A stretch of 64,000 bases of DNA from Euglena gracilis (taxonomy: Eukaryota): positions 43,689,847 through 43,753,846 of the forward strand of contig CP154954.1 of NCBI GenBank assembly GCA_039621445.1. The letters run 5' to 3'. The translations under genes and the position numbers were made by a program. This document shows positions 39,101-50,100 of the stretch, in pieces; the stretch's first letter is position 1; each line of letters starts with the position of its first letter. A model generated the notes under the pieces. That model had not been told where the DNA came from. It searched no databases and saw only the letters and a list, made by a program, of their open reading frames with translations.

Positions 39101-40322
39101 TGTGTATTAACCCTAGTTGGCCGACTCTTTGGGGTCTCTACAGGGAAATTTTCCACGCGTTTTACCGGGAGAATTTCTGAGGGTATTAGAAGGAATAGGG
39201 TTAGGGTTAAGATTGCATCCCCAATGGTTGCAACCATCCCGCTCATCGTTGCTATGTTTCCCTCTGCAGGGTACACAGCGAACCCAAAGAGTCGCCCAAC
39301 TAGGGTTAATACACATGGGGGGACCCTCGCTCGGCGCCTTCGGCGCCTCGCTCGGGTCCCCCCATGTGTATTAACCCTAGTTGGGCGACTCTTTGGGTTC
39401 GCTGTGTACCCTGCAGAGGGAAATTTTCCACGCATTTCTAAAAAAAACCATGTGTTTTCTTACGCAGGAATGCACTGATTCATAAATATTTTTATTCAAA
39501 ATTATTTCAACACCGGGAGAATTTATGAGGTTGTTAGAAGGGGGTCAGTTTCAGTCACAAGTTCCGCAACGGTTGAATGCTTGTATGGAGGATGTTGAGC
39601 GACCTCGAACGACATTCGAGGAGGATATTGATCCTCCTCGAACGACCTCGAACGACATTCGAGGAGGATATTGATCCTCCTCGAACGACCTCGAACGACG
39701 TTCGAGGAGGATATTGATCCTCCTCGAACGACCTCGAACGACATTCGAGGAGGATCTCGAACCACGTCGAACGACGTTCGAGGAGGATCAATATCCTCCT
39801 ACTACGGTCCATCCTCCTACCGTAACCCTCCCACCCACCCCCGATCTGTGTATGTCTATCGATTACAACGGACAACTTTTCGAAGGTTGCTTTTTTCTTG
39901 TTCTTGGAAAAAAAAACTTTAAAAATGATTAAAAAATAAGGTTAAGGAATTCAAAATTTGTTTTTATAAACAAAAACATCTTCCAGCACCCCTGGTCAGA
40001 GGATAGAAACAGCATCTGCTGACAGCTCTCAGATCAGAGGACAGGAGGTATTGATCCCTGGACAGGGGGGGGATCAAATTTCAAAAATTGAATTCAATTC
40101 CAATTTCGCCACCCATCAGCATGCACCACCAATTGGTGGCGATGGGTTGTGCTGCCCCAAGGAAATTCCCCCGGGTCAATACGACCCAGTGAATGGCCGG
40201 AGAGGCGGGGGAGGTGGACAGGGAGCGGCTCCACCCCCGACCCGGTGCGGAGCTTCCAACTGACGTTCGGGCACCTCTCCTACAACCTCGTGTACCTGGA
40301 GGAGGAGGACGCGGAGGCCTGA
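25..40322 (+). CDS. Very large multi-exon protein gene (5' end outside window) with ankyrin-like, RING-like, ZZ-like segments and C-terminal ADP-ribosyltransferase domain; may be more than one gene
   Basis: About 30 short GC3-rich coding islands, all on + (e.g. ~90-250, 720-910, 2030-2230, 7295-7465, 8180-8365, 8780-8990, 9320-9430, 9755-9953, 11300-11454, 11780-11990, 14150-14290, 16410-16540, 18790-19030, 20475-20637, 31681-31750, 33675-33764, 34573-34710, 38390-38550, 40190-40322). Last exon ...HLSYNLVYLEEEDAEA ends in TGA at 40320-40322. Not every junction was resolved. Confidence 0.7.
3371..3795. mobile_element. hAT-like MITE acting as a non-conventional intron (intron 3368-3800)
   Basis: TIR CAGGCTGT(A/T)TTT...AAACAGCCTG, perfect TSD GTCTGAGC. 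The flanks join in frame as GTSYPKGGL|SKAKKVLSEG. Confidence 0.85.
4291..5138. mobile_element. hAT-like non-autonomous element with 10-bp subterminal tandem repeats
   Basis: TIR CAGGCACCTATGG/CCATAGGTGCCTG, perfect TSD GTGGGTGT, arrays of (AGGGCCGACC)n and (GGCGATGCTG)n. Confidence 0.88.
5962..6401. mobile_element. hAT-like MITE, probably forming an intron
   Basis: TIR CAGGCTTCTGCTTAAGG/CCTTAAGCAGAAGCCTG, TSD GTGGGGAA/GTGGGGGA. Same family as 42234-42952. Confidence 0.82.
6599..7121. mobile_element. hAT-like MITE
   Basis: TIR CAGGGAATT(T/C)CTTAAG, perfect TSD TTCCACAC. Confidence 0.85.
9320..9430 (+). CDS. Exon with ankyrin-repeat-like segment
   Basis: GSKDIVRELLDAGAQSNS resembles the ankyrin G-x-x-x-I-V-x-x-L-L-x-x-G-A pattern. 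Only one such unit was seen. Confidence 0.4.
11300..11990 (+). CDS. Exons with RING-like C-terminal half (RECILD...CPKCRHP), acidic linker and ZZ-like zinc finger start (CDACDD...HCQTC)
   Basis: Cys/His spacing in the translations of ~11300-11454 and 11780-11990. The N-terminal half of the RING (~10930-11300) is garbled. Confidence 0.55.
11458..11774. mobile_element. hAT-like MITE acting as a non-conventional intron (intron 11455-11779)
   Basis: Perfect 16-bp TIR CAGGCTTCTTTTTAAG, TSD AGAAGGAG/ACAAGGAG. The flanks join in frame as APQEK|EEEGKD. Confidence 0.88.
12655..13900. repeat. Microsatellite cluster (CA)n, (GA)n, (CACG)n
   Basis: Runs at ~12655-12767, 13034-13142 and 13711-13902. Confidence 0.95.
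13208..13448. mobile_element. hAT-like MITE nested in a foldback element (~13143-13711)
   Basis: CAGG-T-run...A-run-TCCCTG ends, perfect TSD ACCGGAAA. Relatives at ~10969-11251, 42360-42633 and 43794-44032. Confidence 0.85.
15057..15243. repeat. Poly-T low-complexity tract
   Basis: Interrupted T run of ~185 bp. Confidence 0.95.
20475..34710 (+). CDS. R-S-E clade (arginine/ExE-type) ADP-ribosyltransferase domain split over 4 exons
   Basis: Exons ~20475-20637, 31681-31750, 33675-33764 and 34573-~34710 join in frame: VYLYTLQTPIYQKMNAAF...WRPFSEQLMVALNKLPGTCFMDPPFANFSTNIQAASFRGVGPSVDFSKYVEGEPISLENFTSTSLSAYIAHSFGYEGSILITKMKSYKLISRYSDFPTEQEFLAPPGTRFRV. The FRG, STS and EQE motifs are present. Confidence 0.88.
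22519..26863 (-). CDS. Spliced gene for a protein with an N-terminal ParB/Sulfiredoxin-like domain and a Lys/Glu/Pro-rich tail (a few frameshifts; 3' end uncertain)
   Basis: GT-AG exons 26863-26770, 26541-26404, 26209-25848 and 25661-~25430 join in phase: MHPKKLAK...DLSRGQVRRPRQEHVNDLIKELKNNPPQELVLTVWPERATGKWVILSGQHRFLAA. Further exons lie at ~25262-25170, 25020-24215, 23900-23600, 23420-23055 and 22850-22520. Confidence 0.78.
27230..28600 (-). pseudogene. Disrupted element-borne ORF of unknown family (candidate transposase)
   Basis: 279-aa ORF 27230-28069 (WMSRLPGCVFVEEAGEAMLSRL...acidic tail), continued upstream through frameshifts and stops to ~28600. It lies inside the TIR element. Confidence 0.45.
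32715..33255. repeat. (CATG)n/(TCTG)n/(TATG)n/(TA)n microsatellite
   Basis: Direct reading of the sequence. Confidence 0.97.
37836..38231. mobile_element. TA-flanked MITE (C-run-TTGTCTAAG termini)
   Basis: Inverted ends with TA on both sides. A partial copy lies at 45187-~45397 and a relative at 21471-22045 inside the large element. Confidence 0.75.
38790..39800. repeat. Two arrays of a 43-bp tandem unit with internal hairpin
   Basis: Unit GAGGAGGATATTGATCCTCCTCGAACGACCTCGAACGACATTC at ~38790-38955 and ~39600-39800. A degenerate relative lies at ~7880-8060. Confidence 0.85.
39257..39423. repeat. Perfect inverted repeat, ~70-bp arms
   Basis: Arms 39257-39326 and 39354-39423. The loop contains GGCGCC-TTC-GGCGCC. 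Confidence 0.9.
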
Positions 40323-42233
40323 GAGGCCCCCGGGGCTATGGCCCGGGCTGGGGGAACCCTCCCATGCTGTCAAGTGCATGGGTCAGAGGGTTGAGGAAGG
40401 GCACATGAGAGCTTCCTTTCTTTGTTGGCATTGCGTCCTGCCCCCCCACCCAATCCTGTAAACCCCTGGCTTTATAGGACCAGGTTTGGTTGGTCAGCCG
40501 AAGGGGGGGGATAAGTCAACAAATTGTTGGTCCAAGTCCGACCCCCCAAAATGAACCCCCAAAATCCCCCAAACGGGCTCCTTCTTCTGTGCCGGCATTT
40601 TTGGGTAAAAAATGTGTATACAAGGAGAAGCCGTGGAACTCACCTTGACATTCCTAAACGCAAGTGGGGTATTTGGAGGGGATTTAGGGGAACCACCGAC
40701 AACCAACCAGCCCCCCCCCCCAGCCTGAACTTGGACTGAATCCTTTCGTTGAAGGTTGCCCCCCTTCCCATGCTGCCCAGGGCAGAAACCATCCGATGCG
40801 GGTGCTGCGTCGGGATGCCCCCCCCCCCCCAAATTGATCTGCCATCTCCATTGCTGAACCTCCCCGACCCGATCCTAGCGCTGGCAGACTGGCGTTCCCT
40901 CTCTGCTCTCTGGCAGACAGGCCCTTCCTGACCTCCCGTCCATCCCAGCCCCCGCCCCCGTCTGATGACCCCTCCTTCAATTGGCGCTGCCGCTCTGGCA
41001 CATCCCGCCACCGTCGTCTCCCCATCGAACGACTCGCTCGGCTGATGGAATCGAACCTCTCCCGCACCCCTTCCTGCTTTGGAGACCACCACGGAAAGCT
41101 CGGCCCACATATCATCCCGCCGTGCACCGCAGGGGTGTGCTCAGCTGTGTGGCTTCTTTTCTACCTACCCCCCCCCCCCCGGGAAACTGTCATGCCCGAG
41201 AACCTGTCAGGGTCCCGCCCGGGAAACTGTCAGGGTCCCCGGTACCGGCCAACCTGTCAGGGTCATTTTTCATTGACTTTCCCTTGAAATGCCCTACCTG
41301 GGAAACTGTCAGGGTCCCGCCGGGAAACTGTCAGGGTCCCTGGTACTGGCCAACCTGTCAGTATAGGAAGTTGTCAGGGTCCTCGGTACTGGCCAACCTG
41401 TCAGGTGACAGTTTCCCGGGGGGGGGGGTAGGTACGACCCTCCCCACAAATGGGCTGATGCCTGGTTGAGTTTCTTCCGGGTCCGCGTTACACACCCTTT
41501 CGCTTCCTACTTGCATTGTTGCTCTTTCTTCTGCTTCTGCGTGTTGCGTGTTTGGCACTGCAGTGGCGGAAATGCAGAAAAGCGAATAAATTACTTGTTT
41601 TTGCTCCCAAAGAGTTTGTTTGTGTGGAATCAAATATTTTTATGTCCCTGCTTTAGTTTATTCAAGCAGGAAGGTTTGATGAAGCCCCATGATATTTTGT
41701 TTTGGGAAAAACCGCAAATTTGCGCTCCTAATCAGATCACATATTCTTGTGGTGCGATTGAGTATGGCTTCCCCCTGTCCAGAGAGCTAGATGGAGCGGT
41801 GTTCCTCATCCTTGTTTCTTGTTTTCTTGAGAACCTCTTGTTCCTAACAATAACAGTGCAACACCTCTGCTGGCAGTATTAATTTGTGCCTACACACACA
41901 AAGGGGTTGTTGGATTTCAAACAGACAATTCCTTTTTTCTGGGAGAAATATTTTGAGACAGAAATCTCAAGTAATTTGCATCTCAGCTCAGAGAATGAAG
42001 ACATTCAGTTTTGGCATTCTTATTTCATTCTGCCACTGAACCTCCTCACTTATTGATGTATGTCCTTCTCTCTCACAAGTCAGCAACCGTCTCTTCCATT
42101 CCCTGCCCCTTCCATATCATAATCTGTCCGTTACGTGTTTCTGCACTGTGTGCCGACTGGCTGTCAAACTCCCCCTCAGGCAAGGTTTCTTTAAGATGAA
42201 TGGTTGGGTGGATGTTTGGGAAAGCTTCCTCAC

Positions 42234-42952
42234 CAGGCTTTTGCTTAAGGGATTGCAGTACCCCCCCGGGGGGGGAGGGCTGGACTGCAGCTAGTCCAAA
42301 TTTGGCTAGTGGGTTTTCTAGCAGACCCCCCCCCCCCCCCGGGGGTCTGCTAGCAGGGGCGGGGTTTTTTTTAATTTTGGACCCCCGGGGGGGGGGGGAG
42401 GGGGGGGGTAGGGTGGGTGGGTCCGGCCGAGCCCCCCCCCGGAGGGGGGTGGGATATACTTTTCGGCGCCGCAGGCGCCGAAAAAATTCTATTTTTAGCA
42501 CTTTTCGCGATTTTTCGGCCATTTTTTTGTGGGTCCCCCGGGACCCCCTCCCCCCCCCGGGGGCCCCCCCCCCCCAGGGGGTGGGTGGGGGGGGGGGGCC
42601 CCCCCCTCCCCCCCGGTCTTAAAAAAACCCCTGAGCAGGGCTAGCTAGTGGAAATTTTTTTCCAGTGACCGGCGCGAAGCGCCGAAAATTTTTTGGGGAC
42701 CCCCAAAAATGGCCCAAAATGCCCGTTTTTGGCCATTTTTGGGAATTTTTGGAACAAAATCAGCCAAAAACCTGTTAAAAACCTCATTTTTCCTCCGGCG
42801 CTGTGCACCGGAGGACAATTTTTTTTCCAGTCCGGGGGACCCCCCCCCTGGGGGGTCTAGCTAGTCCACTTTTTCCAGTGTCTAGCCGATTGGCTAGCCA
42901 GTACCCCCCCCCCCCCCCCCCCCCCCCCCGGGGGTCCATAAGCAAAAGCTTG
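42234..42952. mobile_element. hAT-like MITE with nested MITE at 42360-42633
   Basis: Perfect TSD TTCCTCAC. The nested element has TSD AGCAGGGG/AGCAGGGC, and the empty site is seen in the 5962 copy. Confidence 0.85.
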
Positions 42953-43793
42953 TTCCTCACTTCACAAAGGCCCTGTTTTCATCTGCTCATGGACACTTGC
43001 GGCATGACAAGAAAATTCTTCTTCGCTATTCCCAATACTGCTTCACATCGATGCGTGCTGTCCCCCCCCCCCACATCCCAAATGGGGATGCTGACACGCA
43101 GTGTGCGTCAGCTTCCCCAATGCCCAATGTCTCGTTTGTCACGTGACCACGTTACAGGAACATCCTCTGCTTTTAAAAAAGAGACACTCAGGCAAAGTCT
43201 GAGTATGGAATTTCTTTCCTCCCTCTTCTTGTGGTCTGTTCCGCATGCAGCGAGAATGCCAGCAACGGCAAGGCAAATCTGTGTTGAATCCGTCATAGCA
43301 CTGTGTATTAAGGCTTTTCCCTCATGTGCCATGCCTTTTATGCGTTCTTTGGGGAGTCAATTGCCAACAGAAGCAAAGTGCGTCTAAGGGGTGAAGTGCC
43401 ATTGCCAAGTTAGGAAAGAATGTGGAACAAATTCGGCACCATCCATGTTTGTCATTGATGGAGGGACAAAAGGATATTTACGCCCCAAATCCCGAAGCAC
43501 AAATATAATGTCCCCCCATTTTATTCAGCAGAACTTCAAGACCCTCAGGGGGTATCTACATTTGGTTGGAAATCTCATTGCCTCAAAAGATACCATTTCC
43601 CTTGTTTTAGCCATGTGCGGCATTTTGGACCATTTTTCGAGCACATTTACATTTGCTCCGATTTGTCATCATTGAAAACGTACGAAAAAAAGTACGCGAC
43701 ACATCATTTTTTCTTCGAAACTTTTTGCACTTCTTTTGGCCTTCTCCGATGCGCCGGTGGGGGAGTCCAGCTGCCAAATCAAGGATCCAGAGG

Positions 43794-44032
43794 CAGGGTT
43801 TTTTTTTTAGTCTTGGACCCCCCCCCCCCCAGGGGGGAGTGGGTTATACTTTTCGGCACCGAAGGCGCCGAAATTTTTTAGAAGTGCTATTTTTTTTAAA
43901 AAAAAGTGCCATTTTCGGCTAAAGTTGAGTGGATCCCCCGGGACCCCTCCCCCCCCCCCCCCCGGGGGGCGCCCCCAGGGGGTGGGTGGGTGAGAGGACC
44001 CCCCTTCCCCTCCGGCCTTAAAAAAGCCCCTG
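43794..44032. mobile_element. hAT-like MITE
   Basis: CAGGGTTTTT...AAAAAGCCCCTG ends, TSD TCCAGAGG/CCCAGAGG. Confidence 0.8.
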
Positions 44033-45774
44033 CCCAGAGGGGTCCTATGTTTGGGATGGGGTTTATAACCATGGGTGTGTTTTGAAGGAGCCACCGTTGC
44101 CTCTTCCACAGGGACAAATTCGCCAAATAACATGTTGAGTCGTCATTATTTCCTTTTTGGGAAAAGAACAGTCAAATAATCCCCTTTGACCAGATATGAG
44201 TTTGCTGTCTCCAGATCGCTTCGGGAAATCGCACTGTCCTGCCCCTCCTGGGGCTTTTATTTTGACGTTGCTTCGATTTGGGGGGTGCCTGACCCAGTTC
44301 CTTCCCCCCGGGGCTTCTATTTGAACCCTTGGTCGAAAACGGAGGGAGGGGGCTTCTGTTTGGAGGTTCCCCCCCCCTTCATTTGCCTGTGTCCCAAATG
44401 GGGGGGGGGAGGCTTTCATTTGGACCAATGGTCAAAAATGGGGGCTTCCATTCACAGGGATTTATGAAGAAGGGGAACACAGCATTTCTTTTCAGCAAGC
44501 CTTTGAGCTTGCCTCCTCCCCAGTGATCACTCAGAAAAGCATTTCTGGCTGTCTGTCAGCAACCTCCCGGAAAATTTAATAAGGGGGGGATATTCTCAGA
44601 GATTGCTGAGTCATTTTGCAACTTCCTCCCTCTTTCTATATGATGAACGTCAGTGGTGGATTTCACTGTTTCTGATGCAGGTATATGGGAATTATCACTC
44701 TTTTGCTCATTTTTGGGAAAAAAACAGCCCTTCGGCACCAAAATTGCCATTTTGGGATACCGGGCCAAAACGTCATGCATCAGTGATCACACCCGGCCCC
44801 CCCCAAATGGTGTGCTCCACCGGTGGAGTACACGGTGATTTTCTCCAAACCTTGCCAGGTCTGTGGACCTCTCGCGGTGTATTTATGCTTTGCACAGCCC
44901 CCACTCTGTCGCTCTGGTGCACTAACCCAGAAACTGAACCACCAAACGTTCTTGTGTGTTGCTTTGCCTTTTTTTTTGCCAATGAAGTCCCAATGAAGTG
45001 TCACCCGTGGATGAACCAGTTGGGGTTGTGCTTCGGACTTGCTTCTCTAACTGCAATGCAGGTGCAACAGGAAGAAATGGATATATGGGCGTGTGTGGGT
45101 GCAAGTTTGTGTGTGCAAGTTGCGTGGGCGAGCACGAGGTGAGGTTCTGGCTGCCACTTTTTCTGTTTGCCCAGTGTGGTCCAGTACCTCCCCCCCCCCT
45201 TGTCTAAGCACCACCCTTGTCTAAGCACCACCCCCCCGGTTCTTACCCATCTTTTTAAAGGTCATCGTCACGGAGAGGTTTATGTTGTGTGCATTTTTAA
45301 GGGAAATTTTTCAAAGATTTCGAAATTTCTGCAACTTCTGGGACCTGATTTGGTGAGGTATTGTTGATTTCTGCATCCAAATGTGTGTAAGTTCAACAGT
45401 GGACCTCCAATATGGTGCCCACCCGCAGATTTAAAAGCAATAGGCCTTTTTGTTGCTAGATACAGCAATGGGTCTATTTGTTGGGGGAAATGTGTCTGTT
45501 TGTGGTGCGGGATTGGGGGTGGGAGGACTACACCTGCATTCATGAATGTGGTGTGCTGGCCTACACCCATTGCTGTGATGTGGTGTTTCTTTTTCACCGG
45601 AAACCCGGAAAGCAGATATGAATAGCGGGCACCACATTCGCACACAGGCACTTGCCGTCTGGTGGCGTGGAGACGGTTGCATGCGCACTCAGTGAGTCTC
45701 CCCCTGCCCCTGCACCGCATCCGGGGGTGTGGTGTGGGTGGCTGCCGGCTTGCCCACCCCCCCCTTCTGACCCT

Positions 45775-45803
45775 CAGTCCTCCCTCCCCCCCAGGCTAAC
45801 CAG
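45775..45803 (+). promoter_or_regulatory. Splice (possibly SL trans-splice) acceptor upstream of the PPase ATG
   Basis: Pyrimidine tract and CTAAC-CAG ending at 45803, just before the ATG at 45813. Confidence 0.4.
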
Positions 45804-45812
45804 GCCCCCGCC

Positions 45813-47154
45813 ATGCCGACCCATTCCCACCACCCCAGCTACACGGGCTTCGACCGGTCCACCAGCCACCGCCACACGCTCATCGACAGCGCGGTGCTGG
45901 AGGCGCTGCCGCAGAACCCGCAGGAGGACATCGTGCCCGTGTTCATTGAGGTGCCGTTCGGGATGGGGGCTCGCCGTGCCACCGAGAGCAGGCAGGTTGT
46001 CTTTGGGGCATGGACCGACGTTGAGTGGCATGGAGTGGTCCCCCGGGTCCCGGGTGGTTGGAACATACTTGGTTCTTGGTAGGTTCCCTTCCCATGCTTT
46101 CCGGGGTCTGCCCTCCCCATTTATGGGATGGGTCTTACCAATTTTCTTTGGGGTGTGTTACAATTTGGAAAGAGCACAGAACAGCCAAGCCCAAAGAGGG
46201 GAATTGATCTTCAAGTTGAGGAATGTATTGCAACGGCGCCACCCTTGGCCAACCAAAGCAAAAAGCAATGAAATAAGAGCTCCTCAGACCAGAAGCCCAA
46301 GGGTTGGGGGACCCTCCTCCCCTTTGCACCGCCGGCCCCCCCGGTGACCCCCAACAAGTACGAGCTGGAGAAGGACTGGGGCCTGCTGACCCTGGACCGC
46401 GTCCTGCACAGCTCCGTGTTCTACCCCGGGGACTACGGCTTCGTCCCCAACACCCTGTGCGGCGATGGCGACCCTTCGAGGTCACTGCTGGCCAACTCGC
46501 TGGCCACTTGGGGTGAATAAACCCTCCCCCAAATAATTCCCCCCCAAAATCCCCCCCCCCTCGGGGTCCTTCGCCAACCAAGTTGATATTCGGGCCGACA
46601 ACCCGGATTTTGCCCTGAGAATGTGGGTAAAAAAATCAATTTCTGACATTGGGTTACAAATAAAATCGATTTTTCTGGATCATCTGGCCTGCAAAAAAAA
46701 ATGCTAAATGTCGCAAGACAGCAATAAATGACCCCAAGGGTGATCATGGATGCTATTTTGGGTTCTATGGGACCTCTAAAATTTTCGAAAATTTTGGGAG
46801 CTCTTACCCCCCAAATAATCCCCCCCCCTCTTGGCTGGGACTCTGGACAAAAAATAATATTTGGGGTACTATTTCGGTGCGGGGTTTACCTCATTTGCTG
46901 GACATTTTCTGCTTGTTGGTACCCTGTCTTTTTTTGTATTTCTCATTCATTTTTTTTTTGACAGCTTTGCAGGTTGAATCCTCTGCATTATTCTGTATGA
47001 AAGCTCAATCATTTCCGGAAACTGGAGGGACATTCCACAGAAGCTTATGTCTCAAAACCTTTTTTGAATATGTCTTTTTTTTAACACCATTTTTGCAAAA
47101 CTAAATGATACCCAAACGGTAATCTTATTTTTGTCCTGAACACGCACACGCACG

Positions 47155-47190
<36 letters not shown>

Positions 47191-50100
47191 CAGTGAAAAC
47201 TGCTGCTATGCACTCCCGGCCAGCGGCTCCGTTGAGCGGTGCCCTCGCTGCCAATCGACGTGCTCATCCTGTCCAACTACCCCCTGACGCCGGGCGTCGT
47301 GGCGGATGCCCGCATCATCGGAGTGATGGACATGGAGGACGAGAAGGGGCAGGGCCAGGCCCCTGGGCCCTGTGCAGGAACCCTCCCTTTTTAACGGGAG
47401 ACTCCCCTCCCCTCCGTCCACACCAGTGCCACTTCTCTGCGACGTGATGGGTCCCCGTTCCCCCCTCACCCACTGTCCCCCCTCACCCATTGTCCCCAAC
47501 AACCCCCAACAACAACCCTAACATTCAGCGGTGCGTAGCCCGGTGGGTGGTCAGGGCCTTGCCTGCCCGGGACCAGAAGCTGCTGGCGGTGGTACACAAG
47601 GACCCCCGCTCCGACAAGATCCGGGACCTGCCCGATCTCCCGCCCAGGGCCCGGACCCCCGCCGAAAGCGCCGGCTTTCCCCTCGCTGCGTCCTGCACCT
47701 GCTTCTACCACCAGAGGAAGAAGTGGGACCATTTGCAAACCATTTGAAATCTGAGGTCCGACAATTCCTCCGATGTGCCTGCTTGGGCAGGCACCCCAAG
47801 GCACCCAGATCCGACGTCTGGGAGGGGTTGAGCACCCACCAAAAGTGCCTGGCACCCTGGCGCCAAAGGCGCTGAAAGACCAGAAAAGGCCCATTTTGAA
47901 ATATTTTGGCCCACGACCAGGCAGCCACCGATCCCCCCCCTCAGGGGGAAGTGCCTGCCGGCCCGCAGGCACTCTGACCCCCCCCCCCAGTGTTGGGCGA
48001 ATGCAGTCTGCTCCAGCCCCCCCCCCCCCTGCCCATCCTGCCCTGCCGGCGTCACACCGCATGCGGGAGATCCAGCACTTCTTCGCCAACTACAAGCGGC
48101 TGGAGTCCAAGCCCGGCCACGTGAAGTGGGCCAAGGTGAGCGGCTTCCACGGCCGCGAGCGAGCCCTGCAGGACCTCCGCGACTCCCGCCAGATGTACCT
48201 CGCCCGCCGCCCTTGACAGCCTTCCTGAAACCCCGCCCCCGGAAGTGGTTGTCACCCTGGCGAGGCTATAACCTGCCCTTTCGGAAGTTGCCACGGGGGT
48301 CTGTATTGGCTAACTTGTCATGGCGAGGAAGGATCCATTAGGGTCAGGATTTGCCCCCCTTGCGGTAACAACTGCCCAAGGACAAGCCTAATCGGGTCCT
48401 GTGGACCTGGTGAGTGGCAATCCCCCCCCCGGACAGTTGACGCCCCCGGGAAAATTGACGGCCCCCGGGCAATTGTCACCCCTAGCTGTGCCGGCCAATT
48501 TGTCACCCCGGGAAATTGTCACCCCCCTCCGTGCTGCCCAAATCGTAACCCCCTTTTGCATTATTGCACTGTGAATTTCTTTTCGCCGACACGACTCGAT
48601 TGATCTTCTATTTCGTTACAACGTGCTGAGAACTTTCACACACAAAATAAAAAAAATGCTCTGCGCAATATCACAACCATAGCTGCATTTTTGCGCGTTC
48701 GCTTGCGTTTCAGATGGAGTGTTTGGTCATTTGGTTTTAATGTGGCTGACATGGGTGGGCAATCGACGCCCCCGGCAATTGACGCCCCTGGGCAATTGTC
48801 ACCCCCCCTCCAAATTGCCGGCCAAATTGTCACCCTGGAAAATTGTCACCCCCCTCCGTGCTGCCCAATTTGTCGCGCGACAATTGCGTGGGGGGGGGGG
48901 CAGGTAACAACCCCCCCAAAATACGGCAATTCAAAAGTGTTTTTTTCAATGTTAAGGATTGCCGTCATGCTGGTAAGTCCTTAAAAGGCTCAAGTTGTGG
49001 GCTTGTGCCCAGTTGCTTGTCAGCTGAAGACCGGCAGCTGACAATTTTGTCAAGGTGTAATGAAAATTTTTCTGCCTTTGGTTCTCGTGTGTGTTTCATA
49101 TAATATAATAGTTTTTTTGGTGGGTTGCATGCAGTGTAATTAACACGTGCATCCTGTGTAGAAAGCCAGCTTTCTCCACCCTCATTTTTGTAGGGCTGTT
49201 CCTGGCAAGAGTGTGTCTGCGTCCAGCGCGGCGACCTCGAACACAAGAAGGAGGAGGAGGCCAAGAAAGGAGAGGAAGGCGCCCAAAAGAGTTGTGAACA
49301 GCTGCCAGTGGACTTCCACCACGCGCCCCGCGACCTGTTCGGCGTGACCCGCGCTGGGCAGGCCCCCCGATACGACATGTTCCCGGCCCACGGCTGGGCA
49401 AGCCATGTCGTTTGGGTGGCTCCCTCGCAGTGGAGTGGCAGGAGAGGGGCGTTTCTGCCTCGACCCCAGCCCTCTGCCTCATCTGGATAGCTTTTTTTCG
49501 TCGTTTATTTTTAAGCACTTGCAGTGGATAAACCCGCTCCTCCTGCTCGACTGTAACGTCCCAGGAGGGCCTCGCCGTGCCCGGGACATCGTGCAGGCGT
49601 ACATCGAGTGCCCTAAGGGGGCCAACAACAAGTACGAGTTCGACGAGGAGACGGGCTGCGTGCGGCTGGACCGTGTGCTGCACTCCGCGGTGTTCTACCC
49701 GTATGACTACGGCTTCATCCCACGCACCCTGTGCGGCGATGGCGACCCCCTCGACATCCTGGTGCTGTCCAGCCAGGGGGGTTGACCCTCCTCCCCAGAC
49801 CACATCAGAGACAATCAACTGTGGTTGATCTCCGGGGGGGGGGGTTGCCATGGGAGGTTGGCTCACATTTGTTTGACTGCGGCAGGGCCATCCAAGCTTC
49901 TTCATCTCAACTGACTGGTGTTTGGACTGTGGCCGGCCGCTGCCGGCTGCTTTTCCAACCAACGGGGAGACACATTTTTCTGTGTTTGGATCACCTTCGG
50001 CCGCGGCCAGCCGCAGCCAGCCAGCCGACCAATCGTTGAGCAATTGCCCAGTTGATGAGGTTGTTTGAAGGAACAGGGTTACGGTTAGGATTCTAATAAA

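Noticed and set aside
38790-39800. CRISPR-like array of hairpin repeats
   Set aside because: Units are head-to-tail with no unique spacers, there are no cas genes, and the context is eukaryotic.
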